A stretch of DNA of 64,000 nt. Source: Erysipelotrichaceae bacterium. Its GTDB lineage: Bacteria; Bacillota_I; Bacilli_A; Erysipelotrichales; Erysipelotrichaceae. The DNA lies in assembly GCA_040266995.1 (NCBI GenBank), contig JAWRHV010000023.1, positions 47,922-111,921 of the forward strand. The letters run 5' to 3'. Every line of letters begins with the position of its first letter. Within the stretch, counting starts at the first letter, position 1. Below, in pieces: positions 21,679 through 31,349 of this stretch. The notes below the pieces were generated by a model that saw only the letters and a list, made by a program, of their open reading frames with translations, did not search any database and was not told the origin of the DNA. A program made the position numbers and the translations under genes.

Positions 21679-22908
21679 TTAATCCGTCATTCGGTTGACC
21701 TTGATAAACAAGAATAAGCCGATGATAAACATCAAGGTCAGGACACCCACGCCCAGATTGACGCTGTTGGTCATTTGCGAGACGATACCGACCAGTGTCG
21801 TTCCCACAAAGCTGGCTCCCTTTCCACAGATGTCCATCAGACCGAAGAATTCTCCGGACATATTGGCCGGAATGATCTTCGTGAAATAGGAGCGGGACAA
21901 GGCCTGAATTCCACCCTGGAACATACCTACCAGAATGGCCAGGATCCAGAACTGGATCTGGGAAGCCAGGAACATCGCAAAGATCGTAATGCCCAGATAC
22001 GCCAGGATACAGACGGTAATCAACCGGGCCGAATCAAATTTGGAAGAGAGCCTTCCAAACAGGATGGCAAAGGGAAAAGCGACAAACTGTGTCACCAGCA
22101 ATGCCAGCAATAAGCTGGTCGAGCTCAGTCCTAAGGCGGTTCCATAGGCTGTGGCCATATCAATGATCGTGTAAACACCATCAATATAGAAGAAGAAGGC
22201 CAATAAGAACAAGAAAGCTCTCTTATGCTGCCTTGCGTTTTTCAAAGTATGTCCGATCCGGGCAAAGCTGTCTTTGACAACATGCTCCGGTTTTTCCACA
22301 TAGTGTTTCTGCTGATAGGATCTCAATAAAGGCAATGTTGCCCCCACCCACCATATAGCGATGATCACAAAAGAAATCATCATAGCGGTTTCCATGCTCA
22401 ACCCAAACTTGGAAGAATTCAGCACGATGATCAGGCAGAGAATAAACGGAACACAACTGCCGATATAGCCCCACGCATAGCCTTGTGTCGATACGTAATC
22501 CATTCGCTCTTCGCTCGTGATGTCCGGCAGCATGGAGTCATAGAAAATCAGACTCATCTGATAGCCAATCTTGGCAATGATAAAGATAACCAGGAATACA
22601 ACCCATTCCTTGGCAAATCCCATCAGAATACAGCCAATGGCTCCGACCGCCAGAGCTGCCATAAATATCTTTTTCTTAAATCCTTTTGTATCCGATAAGG
22701 TACCCATAATCGGTCCGGCAACAGCTACAACGATCGTACATATGGAAGCCGCATATCCCCAGTAGGCCAGATAGTCGACACTGGACAAGCCTTCATTGGA
22801 TGCCAAATAGTTAAAATAAATCGGCAATATTGTCGTACACAACAAAGTAAATGCTGAGTTTCCCACATCATAAAGCACGAAACTCCGTTCCTGTTTGGTT
22901 AATTTCAT
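21679..22908 (-). CDS. MFS transporter
   Basis: 409 aa with about 12 transmembrane helices and typical MFS loop motifs. Confidence 0.8.
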   Translation of the reverse strand: MKLTKQERSFVLYDVGNSAFTLLCTTILPIYFNYLASNEGLSSVDYLAYWGYAASICTIVVAVAGPIMGTLSDTKGFKKKIFMAALAVGAIGCILMGFAKEWVVFLVIFIIAKIGYQMSLIFYDSMLPDITSEERMDYVSTQGYAWGYIGSCVPFILCLIIVLNSSKFGLSMETAMMISFVIIAIWWVGATLPLLRSYQQKHYVEKPEHVVKDSFARIGHTLKNARQHKRAFLFLLAFFFYIDGVYTIIDMATAYGTALGLSSTSLLLALLVTQFVAFPFAILFGRLSSKFDSARLITVCILAYLGITIFAMFLASQIQFWILAILVGMFQGGIQALSRSYFTKIIPANMSGEFFGLMDICGKGASFVGTTLVGIVSQMTNSVNLGVGVLTLMFIIGLFLFIKVNRMTD

Positions 22909-23005
22909 GATTCTTTCTCTCCCTGATTTCTCTTTAGAATTGTATAATTTCTAAATTTCAGTTTCAACCATAAAATGGAAGGCTTCCCCATGGTATACTG
23001 ATTTC

Positions 23006-23551
23006 ATGAAAATCAATTATATCCGTCTCAGTAAAAAAATCGCATATATACTCCGTCATCATCCCCAGGCCATCGGAATCACACTGGACGCATACGGTTT
23101 TGCGGATGAAGACGAATTATTAAAAGGATTGAACCAAAAGTATTCCTTTGGAAGAAACATCACACACGAAGACATTGTTTATCTGATCGAACACTCCGAA
23201 AAGAAACGTTTTGAGATCCAGAATCACAAAATTCGTGCATTATATGGTCATTCTTTGCCTGCTAAAGTGATAAAGGACGTTAGGAGACCACCGGTCCTTC
23301 TCTACCATGGAACTTCGCCGGATGTACTCCAATCCATCCATGAAAAAGGATTGCTGCCGATGAACCGACAATATGTCCATTTATCCGAAGACAGAAAAAC
23401 AGCCGAACAAGTCGGCCGACGCCATAGTCAGAAACCCGTGATCCTTGTCATTGAAGCACAGAAAGCATACCGGAACGGCATATCCTTTTTTTATGGAAAC
23501 GATACCACATGGCTTAGCCAGCCCATTCCACCTGTCTACATCCATCAATAA
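23006..23551 (+). CDS. kptA: RNA 2'-phosphotransferase KptA/Tpt1
   Basis: 181 aa with LSKKIAYILRHHP near the N-terminus (the Tpt1 substrate-binding tetrad region) and HGTS/YVHLS blocks. Confidence 0.8.
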   Translation: MKINYIRLSKKIAYILRHHPQAIGITLDAYGFADEDELLKGLNQKYSFGRNITHEDIVYLIEHSEKKRFEIQNHKIRALYGHSLPAKVIKDVRRPPVLLYHGTSPDVLQSIHEKGLLPMNRQYVHLSEDRKTAEQVGRRHSQKPVILVIEAQKAYRNGISFFYGNDTTWLSQPIPPVYIHQ

Positions 23552-23552
23552 A

Positions 23553-23583
23553 ACCCTCCCTGCCACGAAGGCAAAGAGGGTTG
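23553..23583. terminator. shared terminator between convergent kptA and the GH32 gene
   Basis: AACCCTCCTGCC-acgaa-GGCAAAGAGGGTT hairpin. A U-run follows on the minus strand, so it is stronger in that direction. Confidence 0.6.
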
Positions 23584-23590
23584 ATATCTG

Positions 23591-26500
23591 TTATTTCCTG
23601 TGTTTTCCAACAAAGAAGAATCCCAGCAGCGATGTAAAGAAAGCCCCCAGATGGATGCCGGCCATGGAACCGGCACCGGTGTTGACCCCGGCATTTTGCC
23701 TAGGTTGGAGCGGTTTTGTTTCTTTTTCATCCATGATTGATCCTTCCGGCTTTTCAGCAATCGTCTCTATCAGCTCGGATGGATTGGTTGGATCTTCGAT
23801 AGCAGAATCTTCTTGTTTTTCTATAAACACCGTCCGTTTCAAAGAATACACTTCAATATCGGCAATCACCGGATCGCCTAACGCATAGACACTGGCATAC
23901 AGGCTGCCCGGATCCGGGAAGATCTGGTTGGCCCCGGCTGCCGTATAGTCTCCGGTAAATACTTCTACGCTGGCACGGTCGACGAAAATACGAAGCGTCA
24001 AAGAGCCATCCGCGTTGCGAGTGACCGCTTGACTATCCATCTCGGCAAAGCGGTCGGAAAGGATGACACCGGAGCGCGAACGATCGATATAGAGCCGGCC
24101 CGTTGCCATATCATAATAAATCAATGTTTCCTGTTCCTGGTTAGCAGCCCGAAGCTTTCTTCGGCCTCCCCCGGTGTTTTCCACTGCGCTCTGGGCGCTT
24201 TTTCGAAGTTTAAAGCCAAACTGCGTGGTACCTTCTCCCGGATAGAACGTAGCGATGATTTCATAGGTATCGCTCTTTACGTCATCGAGCAGATTGTTGG
24301 TTTCCGTGACCTCTGTGTTCTGCAGATCGACCAGTTTCTTATCACGGATGGTTTCCAGTTGTTCCACCGGCGTTTGTGTAAGTAACCAGTTACCGTTTCC
24401 ATCTTCGATCAATCCCACCTTTAACGGCAGATTAAAGGTGCCGTTGAAGGACTGCCCCAGCGTATCTGCCACCAGATTACAATAATCATCCCAGGTGTTC
24501 ATCCAGTTGATTTCGATAATATCCGGTAATGTCGGCTGTTGCGGTGTGCCGAAGTCATGCACATAGAAGGTCATGGCCGCATAAGAATCCTTTCCGAAAT
24601 TCATAATACCATCATAATTTTCATAATATGTATCCGGTATAAATTTCCACGATCCGTTATCCTTGGTAAAGTCACCTACCTTATAGGTACGTCCACCTCT
24701 TGACAAGACCCACTTGATCCCTTTGTCCGTCTGGATCGGATATAGATCCGGACATTCTGTATGCAAGGAAGGATACGCCGTCTCCAGTTTCCAGTTTCGC
24801 AGATCCGGACTGGAGTAAATGCGTAATGGTCCCCCGGCAATGACCATAAACCATTGGTCATCCCAACGGAATACTTTTGGATCCCGGAAAGCACTGTCCA
24901 TTAACGGATCATAGTACCAGTCGGCCGCAATTTCTTCCACTTTGTTCCATGTCCTGCCTTCATCTGTGCTGTAAGCCAGTTTGATCCGCTGCCCGTTGCC
25001 ATCGCACGTGATCAACGCAACCAAACCACCTTGTCCTTTTTCAAATAAACCCGATGTGTTCTTATCATCTACGACAATACATCCTGAGAACATCGTTCCA
25101 TTGGCATCCGGATAGAAAGCAATCGGCTGATCGGTCCAATGGATCAAATCTGTGCTTGTCGCATGTGCCCAATGCATCGGTCCCCACCGGGTGTCATCAT
25201 AGAATTGATAGAAGAAGTGATACGTTCCGTTATAATATACCAAACCGTTAGGATCATTGGCCCATCCCTCTTTTACAGAGTAATGATACTGATCTCGATA
25301 TTGTTCATTTCCATAAACGGCATCCGGTTGAAACTTATGTACATTGATCCGATACGATGCACTTACCTGCTGTCCTGTATCGGATACCAACGTGCTGACG
25401 ATCCGGAACCAGTTGATTCCTGTCTGCACCGGAATTGCCTGTATATTCGCGACTGGTTGACCGTCACTGTCATAGACTGTGATTTGGGCATCCGGATTCC
25501 ATGTCTGTGCATGGATGGAAATCGTTTCCACATCATTATTGACATACTGGATCCGGATTGGTTCCTGCGGATCCCATTGGAAAGCCGGTTGCACCGTCCC
25601 TTCATTCGCAGTTATGGAAACGTCCGTAACGACCGGATTAAAGAGTTCATCGATTGTCTGATAATACGTATTCTGAAAGGAGACATCTCCGTTCCAGTTC
25701 AACAATCCGAACAACCCGGCATCGATATAAGTCGGCTGCCCGCGATCATCTCTTTGTAAAGTGTAGTCACCCAGACTGGCGACCAGCACATCGTCTATGT
25801 AATACTGGATCCAGCTTCCGATTGCGACAACCTTCAAGGTATAGGTATCCTTGGCCGCCACCTCTTTTTCATCGATCAGCTGCAACGCATCATTCTCAAA
25901 CCAGCGCCATAGCTTTGCCCGATGGCTGCCTCCGTCAATATTGATCGCATACGCTTCCTTTCCGGACGGATCGTTGTTGCTTCGAAACAGCAGACCGGCT
26001 GCCCCTTGCGAAGAATGAAAGGTGATATCTGTACTATATACAAAATCCTGCCCCTGTATACCGGAATATACAAATGTATCTCCGACATCGCGTGCATCGC
26101 TATGAAGGCCGGTATCGTCGATGACCCAGCTGCCGCCAACATACTTCGTATCCTTCAAATTCGTTTGATATTCCGGACCTAACGGAAGATCCTGGCCGGA
26201 TGGCCCGATCACCTGGCTATGATCCATGCGGTCGATAAAGCGAATATTGTAGAAGGTAGCTTCGGATACAAACGACAACAATCCGACATAGCCTCCTTGC
26301 CAGTTACCGATGACCGTCGACATCGTATACAAAGGCGCGCCGCTGTTTCCAAACGAATACACCAAGGTCCCATCCGCTGAAACATCCAGCTTCAGATGAA
26401 GCGGTTGATTCAGATCGATATCACGGATGCTTCCCTCTGTTGTGATGATATCATGGCCGGCACCAAATACCCGGAAAAGATCCGGTCGGTCCATGCGTGA

Positions 26501-26971
26501 ATAATCGACATTGGCCGCATACCAATACGTACCTGGATGTGTTTTGGAGGAAGTTCCGAACACCAGACCAGCACTGTTGTTTCCATTATTATTTGTTGGT
26601 TCAAAACGTAGATCTGCCTCCAGGACAAAATCGTTTGTCTTCTCTTCGAGGCCATTGTACATCGCAAAATGATCACCACCGCTGTTTCCGATCGTGACAC
26701 TTTTTTCTTCTTCATCGACACTGAATTCAGCAATTCCTATATTATTAAAATCTGTTGTATTTTCCACTTCCGTCTGACGATCGGATTCCACTAAATCATT
26801 ACTTTCAATGGGTGCAGAATTCTCTGTGACCGGTTGGTCTGTTACCTCAGAAGGCACATCCGTCACAGGTGCCTCATCCAATTCTTCCGCGTGGATGATG
26901 TTGGGAATAACCATCAACGCAAAAGCTGAGCCTAACGCGGAGGCTGAGGCCCATTTTTTCATGTCTTTCAT
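23591..26971 (-). CDS. cell-surface glycoside hydrolase family 32 fructan hydrolase (levanase/fructanase-like) with N-terminal lectin/LamG-like domains
   Basis: 1126 aa. It has a signal peptide (MKDMKKWASASALGSAFALMVIPNIIHA). The GH32 motifs are WANDPNGLVYYNGTYHFFYQ (the WMNDPNG block), FRDPKVF (RDP) and ECPDL (EC). The C-terminus has a hydrophobic segment followed by a basic tail, GKHRK. Confidence 0.85.
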   Translation of the reverse strand: MKDMKKWASASALGSAFALMVIPNIIHAEELDEAPVTDVPSEVTDQPVTENSAPIESNDLVESDRQTEVENTTDFNNIGIAEFSVDEEEKSVTIGNSGGDHFAMYNGLEEKTNDFVLEADLRFEPTNNNGNNSAGLVFGTSSKTHPGTYWYAANVDYSRMDRPDLFRVFGAGHDIITTEGSIRDIDLNQPLHLKLDVSADGTLVYSFGNSGAPLYTMSTVIGNWQGGYVGLLSFVSEATFYNIRFIDRMDHSQVIGPSGQDLPLGPEYQTNLKDTKYVGGSWVIDDTGLHSDARDVGDTFVYSGIQGQDFVYSTDITFHSSQGAAGLLFRSNNDPSGKEAYAINIDGGSHRAKLWRWFENDALQLIDEKEVAAKDTYTLKVVAIGSWIQYYIDDVLVASLGDYTLQRDDRGQPTYIDAGLFGLLNWNGDVSFQNTYYQTIDELFNPVVTDVSITANEGTVQPAFQWDPQEPIRIQYVNNDVETISIHAQTWNPDAQITVYDSDGQPVANIQAIPVQTGINWFRIVSTLVSDTGQQVSASYRINVHKFQPDAVYGNEQYRDQYHYSVKEGWANDPNGLVYYNGTYHFFYQFYDDTRWGPMHWAHATSTDLIHWTDQPIAFYPDANGTMFSGCIVVDDKNTSGLFEKGQGGLVALITCDGNGQRIKLAYSTDEGRTWNKVEEIAADWYYDPLMDSAFRDPKVFRWDDQWFMVIAGGPLRIYSSPDLRNWKLETAYPSLHTECPDLYPIQTDKGIKWVLSRGGRTYKVGDFTKDNGSWKFIPDTYYENYDGIMNFGKDSYAAMTFYVHDFGTPQQPTLPDIIEINWMNTWDDYCNLVADTLGQSFNGTFNLPLKVGLIEDGNGNWLLTQTPVEQLETIRDKKLVDLQNTEVTETNNLLDDVKSDTYEIIATFYPGEGTTQFGFKLRKSAQSAVENTGGGRRKLRAANQEQETLIYYDMATGRLYIDRSRSGVILSDRFAEMDSQAVTRNADGSLTLRIFVDRASVEVFTGDYTAAGANQIFPDPGSLYASVYALGDPVIADIEVYSLKRTVFIEKQEDSAIEDPTNPSELIETIAEKPEGSIMDEKETKPLQPRQNAGVNTGAGSMAGIHLGAFFTSLLGFFFVGKHRK

Positions 26972-27143
26972 TTCCTTTCCTTCCCGTTTCTTGAAAAAAT
27001 ATCCCTAGTTTATTATCAATAGAAAGTATATATGGCCATATTTACTTTCAATATACATTTTTCAACGACCTGTTCATACCCAAAAAGCATATTCCAATAC
27101 CCAAATCCAACATACAGCTTCTGTCTTTCTTCTTTTTTTGACC

Positions 27144-27180
27144 ATGAAAAAACCGGCTTCCCTGCCAGGAAGTCCGGTTT
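27144..27180 (-). terminator. intrinsic terminator after the 423-aa secreted protein gene
   Basis: AACCGGCTTCC-ctgcca-GGAAGTCCGGTT hairpin followed on the minus strand by UUUUUU. Confidence 0.7.
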
Positions 27181-27213
27181 GTTCTCTGCGTATTTTCTTT
27201 GTTGATCCATCAA

Positions 27214-28485
27214 TTAATCAAACTGATATTGGGAAGGATATGCGTAGATGTCGTAATGATCTACATCCTTTGCGGTAATGTCTCCCGGAATGGATAGAGA
27301 ATTCATAGAGAATCCAATCTTATCTCCGGCTTTTAATGGATCGGACAGAATTGTATAACAGCTGGCAATCATCTGTCCTTTCTTGTTGTACATAAGGATA
27401 ACAACGTTGGTAAAATCACTGTCCTTGTCGGAATCGTTTTCCACACGACCGGTGACAGAGATTCCTCCATACGACTTATCTTTGACCTTTACATCCGAAG
27501 TTTTAAAGCGGATACAATCCACCGTAGCCTTCTTTACATTCACATGCGGTACAACGGTCAAATCTTCCACTTCATCGGTATCAAGGATCGTCTCTTCGTA
27601 ATAGTAGGCCGTTTCTCCTGGCTTAACGATTTGCGGATAGGCATTTACATAGGTCACACTGTCTACAAGTTCGCCATCTTTGTTTTCCAGATCCATGGTT
27701 GCGTCTTCTAAATACAGATTGCCTTCGCCTGTATTTTCAATTGGCACAACGATCTGTACCCAGATCGAATCAATGCTGTCCTGCCAGGATGCCACAGTCG
27801 CCTTGCCAACTTCCCATTTCGCCTTTCCGGATTTATCAGAGCTCTTCTTTGACTCTTTTTTGGAATCATCTTTGTTCGTTTTTGTATCCTTAGCATCTGC
27901 CGTATCGCTCAAGCTTTCCGAACTCTTACAGATTTTTTCGAAGTCTCCGTCATATTCATACACGGCATTGTCACTTTCTCCTAAGCAGAAACATACGATC
28001 TGCTTGGTATCGGCATTGTAAACGAAGATGACTTCGAATGTAACAGACATATCTTCGATTTCACCGGTTGCCAGGATTCCATAGGCTTCATAACCGGCAA
28101 TCGTCAGATCGATTTCATCCTGCACGGACACATCCGCGCCCATACCGGAAATAAAATCGTCCTTGATCTGCTCTTTATATTTCCCGAAATCTTTCTGGAT
28201 GGATGACGGTGCCTTTTCCTCCGCCAACATCAACATCACAACCGATTCACCTGTTTCTGCATAGTAGTATAAAGTGTCATCGGAAGAGTTATCCCCCTTT
28301 TCAAAATAAGTCGGAATCTGGATGGCCATACCACCAAACGTAATAACTTCATTTGTGTTTTCATCAAAACCGTTTTTATCCTCTCGGGCATAAACAACCG
28401 ATGAACCGATCATCGGAACAGCGCCGGACAGATTAAAACTCAAGACAGTAAAAACAGCTAAGATAGCCGCAAATAGTTTTTTCAT
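27214..28485 (-). CDS. secreted hypothetical protein
   Basis: 423 aa with a signal peptide (MKKLFAAILAVFTVLSFNLSGAVP). It has a central Lys/Asp/Ser-rich linker (KDTKTNKDDSKKESKKSSDKSGKAK). I recognise no catalytic motif. Confidence 0.5.
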   Translation of the reverse strand: MKKLFAAILAVFTVLSFNLSGAVPMIGSSVVYAREDKNGFDENTNEVITFGGMAIQIPTYFEKGDNSSDDTLYYYAETGESVVMLMLAEEKAPSSIQKDFGKYKEQIKDDFISGMGADVSVQDEIDLTIAGYEAYGILATGEIEDMSVTFEVIFVYNADTKQIVCFCLGESDNAVYEYDGDFEKICKSSESLSDTADAKDTKTNKDDSKKESKKSSDKSGKAKWEVGKATVASWQDSIDSIWVQIVVPIENTGEGNLYLEDATMDLENKDGELVDSVTYVNAYPQIVKPGETAYYYEETILDTDEVEDLTVVPHVNVKKATVDCIRFKTSDVKVKDKSYGGISVTGRVENDSDKDSDFTNVVILMYNKKGQMIASCYTILSDPLKAGDKIGFSMNSLSIPGDITAKDVDHYDIYAYPSQYQFD

Positions 28486-28853
28486 AATACAGACACCTCT
28501 CTCTTTATTTTGGTATATGATTGTCTATATTTTACCTTGTTTTAACAAAACTTTGTACTTTTATTCAAAAAAAAGATGCATAAAAAGCATTTTGTGTTGT
28601 TTTCCAGTCTTCTTTTACAAATTATCACTTTCTTCAGTCCAAACATTCTACTTTTTTTCATACACACGCCAATGGATCGCCCCTACAAATCCATGTGGAT
28701 CCGGTTATCCTCCCTTTAAAAAACACCAATGTGTGAATAGATCTGAGAAATAAGCTCTTTCTATTTTTTGTTGATTCTAAATATTAAGAACAGGAATTTG
28801 TCGAATCGGTTTCCTGTCTTGAAATCCATTTCAAAATCCGATACGATTGAGAC

Positions 28854-29462
28854 ATGCCAAGGATCCAACAAGACTGTACCCATTCCCTGGAGATCAAAAA
28901 GAGCCGTTTCATCACGTATTTGCATCGCACCAGTGAAGAACAGGAAGCCAGGGAATTTATCAAAAAGATAAAAAAAGAGCATCCGACAGCGCGTCATTAT
29001 TGCACGGCGATGATCATCGGTCATATCGTACGTTCCAACGATGACGGCGAACCCTCCGGAACTGCCGGCCATCCTATGCTGGATGTGCTGATGCACGAAA
29101 ACATGGAGGATATCCTCGTTGTGGTCGTTCGCTATTTCGGCGGGATCAAATTAGGAACCGGTGGTTTGGTGCGCGCTTATAGCAGCAGTGTACAGGAAGC
29201 CTTGCGTCATGCGATATTAACCCAGACAACGACAGTTCAGGTCTACGAAATAACGTTTCCTTATGATCTGATCGGCAAGCTGGATGCCTTTTTCCGTATG
29301 CAGAATATAGAAATCATCGATAAAGACTATGGAGAATTCGTGACTTATCAGTATGCGGTGCCTTCTGACATCACCGATGCCATCCAGGAAGTGTCCAACG
29401 GAACGATCTATCCAAAACGTCTTCAAGATAAACGCATTGAACTACCCATAGAAAGGACATAA
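28854..29462 (+). CDS. yigZ: YigZ/IMPACT-family protein
   Basis: KKSRFITYLHRTSEEQEAREFIKKIKKEHPTARHYCTAMIIG ... DDGEPSGTAGHPML ... VVVVRYFGGIKLGTGGLVRAY. These are characteristic UPF0029/IMPACT blocks. Confidence 0.8.
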   Translation: MPRIQQDCTHSLEIKKSRFITYLHRTSEEQEAREFIKKIKKEHPTARHYCTAMIIGHIVRSNDDGEPSGTAGHPMLDVLMHENMEDILVVVVRYFGGIKLGTGGLVRAYSSSVQEALRHAILTQTTTVQVYEITFPYDLIGKLDAFFRMQNIEIIDKDYGEFVTYQYAVPSDITDAIQEVSNGTIYPKRLQDKRIELPIERT

Positions 29463-29464
29463 GC

Positions 29465-29728
29465 ATGGATTTATTTATTCTCATTCTCCTGTTCTTTATA
29501 ATAGGAGCCCTATTAATCTACTTACTACCTGTTCTGGCACCGGTTTTTGCGATCCTGTATATAATCATGGTGATCCGCCGGTATCTGTTCAGGAGCCACA
29601 ATACCAGCGAGAGCTCGGAAGCAACGTATCAGCAGACTTATTATGATCCGCTGCATTCCCCTTCCAACGATCCGAATGTGATCGATGCAGAATATACCGA
29701 AGAATACGAAGAGGATGAAGTACAATGA
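29465..29728 (+). CDS. small membrane protein (2 TM) with an acidic C-terminus
   Basis: 87 aa, hydrophobic over the first 40 aa. Its stop overlaps the next start (ATGA). Confidence 0.4.
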   Translation: MDLFILILLFFIIGALLIYLLPVLAPVFAILYIIMVIRRYLFRSHNTSESSEATYQQTYYDPLHSPSNDPNVIDAEYTEEYEEDEVQ

Positions 29729-30633
29729 TCGTATCCAGCAGCCACCCATATAGAAAAGAAATTGCTTATTTATTATCGCAGTCCATGATCCAGATGAGCG
29801 CAGCCCAGATCCAGGCATGGATGAAGACGATATATGATCCTGACAACATGTTTTGTATGATCCAGGATAACCGGGTTGCGGCCTGTATCCAGGTACGGCA
29901 CAGCGTACTAGTCTATCAGGGCAAGAAAGCAGCTGCCTGTCAGATTCTTCTGGCCGCCGTTCATCCGGACTATCGGCGCAGAAAGTATTTTTCACAGCTG
30001 TTGGATGTTGTTCTGGAACAGGCCCAGTACAATGAGCTGTTTACCATCTGCTGCACGGACTTTCCGAAGCTGTTTACCAACCGTGGTTTTCAGCCTGTCA
30101 GCCACACCCGGACATGCTGGACCTCCCTGGAAGGCTTCTCGAAAGGAGAGCCGGACAATGTCGTTCCTTATACAGAAGCCATTGATCTGTACCCGTTCTA
30201 CGCAAAGTTCATGAGCTACTTCGATGGCAGTATTCTCTATGACCGGGAAACGTTACAGCGTATTCTTTCCTACTATACGTTGAACAATCACAAGATCGTC
30301 GTTTTGATGGACCGACAGGATAAAGTACGAGGCTATGCCATTTACCGGCATGCGGAATCCACGATCCACATTGAAATTCTTATGTATCTGAATTCCAACG
30401 CCTTGTATGACCTGCTTCATTATTTGTCCAAGCGGACCCGCTCCGTCTCGTTTGTGATTACCGACCAGGAACGCCTGGAACATATCGTCAATGTAGATTA
30501 TCCGAGAGAAAAAAGCACCATTCTGGCAAGAATCAATGATCCGAAGCTGTTTACCCGCTGGGTCAACAAGAAGACCAACAACGCGCAGATGGCGTATGAA
30601 CGCTTGAAAAGGCCGGATTGGAATCATTTATAG
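29725..30633 (+). CDS. putative GNAT-like acetyltransferase (Eis-like architecture)
   Basis: 302 aa, with a weak acetyl-CoA motif region (YRRRKYFSQLL). The assignment is tentative. Confidence 0.35.
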   Translation: MIVSSSHPYRKEIAYLLSQSMIQMSAAQIQAWMKTIYDPDNMFCMIQDNRVAACIQVRHSVLVYQGKKAAACQILLAAVHPDYRRRKYFSQLLDVVLEQAQYNELFTICCTDFPKLFTNRGFQPVSHTRTCWTSLEGFSKGEPDNVVPYTEAIDLYPFYAKFMSYFDGSILYDRETLQRILSYYTLNNHKIVVLMDRQDKVRGYAIYRHAESTIHIEILMYLNSNALYDLLHYLSKRTRSVSFVITDQERLEHIVNVDYPREKSTILARINDPKLFTRWVNKKTNNAQMAYERLKRPDWNHL

Positions 30634-30650
30634 ATAAAGGGATGTGATTT

Positions 30651-31340
30651 ATGAATATAGAAATTTATCAATGCATTGAAGGAGCTCGTCAGGCTAAAGG
30701 TGTCGTCGTCATCATCGATGTCTTCCGGGCTTACACATTAGAATGTGTTTTGTTTAGTAAAAACGCCAAAGAAATCCATCCGGTCGGAAAACTGGAGCAG
30801 GCTTTCGCCCTTAAACAAGAGCATCCGGACTGGATCCTGTTTGGAGAAAGAAAAGGAGCTATGGTACAAGGCTGTGACTATGGGAACTCCCCTTCCGCCA
30901 TTGCCAAACTGGACTTTACCGATCGGATTTTGATCCATTCCACCAGCGCAGGAACACAGGGAATTGTCAATGCGGTTCATGCCGATACCATACTAGTCGC
31001 ATCTTTGGCCAATGCCAAAGCCACGGCTACCTGGATACGCCGGGAACAGCCGGAAACCGTTTCGCTGGTCGCTATGGGGGATGCCGGAATCCGTCCGACG
31101 GAAGAGGATGATCTGTGTGCACAGTATATACGTAGTTTATTATTAGAGGAATCCTTTCCGGTGGTGGAAAAGGCACAGGCCTTACGTCATGGCGCAGGGG
31201 CTAAATTCTTTGACCCCTCTACCCAGCATATTTTCCCGAGGGAAGATTTTGCGTATTGTATCGATGTAAACAAATATAACTTCGCCATTTTGTATGATAT
31301 GAAAAGGCACATCACGATTCCAAAAAAAATGTCGCTATAA
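30651..31340 (+). CDS. 2-phosphosulfolactate phosphatase family protein (ComB/YitC-like)
   Basis: 229 aa starting MNIEIYQCIEGARQAKGVVVIIDVFRAYTLE..GCDYGNSPS, as in the ComB family. Confidence 0.6.
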   Translation: MNIEIYQCIEGARQAKGVVVIIDVFRAYTLECVLFSKNAKEIHPVGKLEQAFALKQEHPDWILFGERKGAMVQGCDYGNSPSAIAKLDFTDRILIHSTSAGTQGIVNAVHADTILVASLANAKATATWIRREQPETVSLVAMGDAGIRPTEEDDLCAQYIRSLLLEESFPVVEKAQALRHGAGAKFFDPSTQHIFPREDFAYCIDVNKYNFAILYDMKRHITIPKKMSL

Positions 31341-31349
31341 ACGACATTT

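Noticed and set aside
27016-27213. 65-aa minus-strand ORF immediately after the secreted-protein gene
   Set aside because: It starts at TTG, directly after the upstream stop. It also contains the terminator hairpin at 27144-27180 and has no RBS. It is most likely non-coding 3' UTR and terminator sequence.
28486-28853. 370-bp intergenic region with an ATGGAT...ATCCAT inverted repeat and a 78-aa ORF (28517-28753)
   Set aside because: The ORF is low-complexity, Cys/Phe-rich and has no RBS. The region is better explained as divergent promoters for the secreted-protein gene and yigZ.
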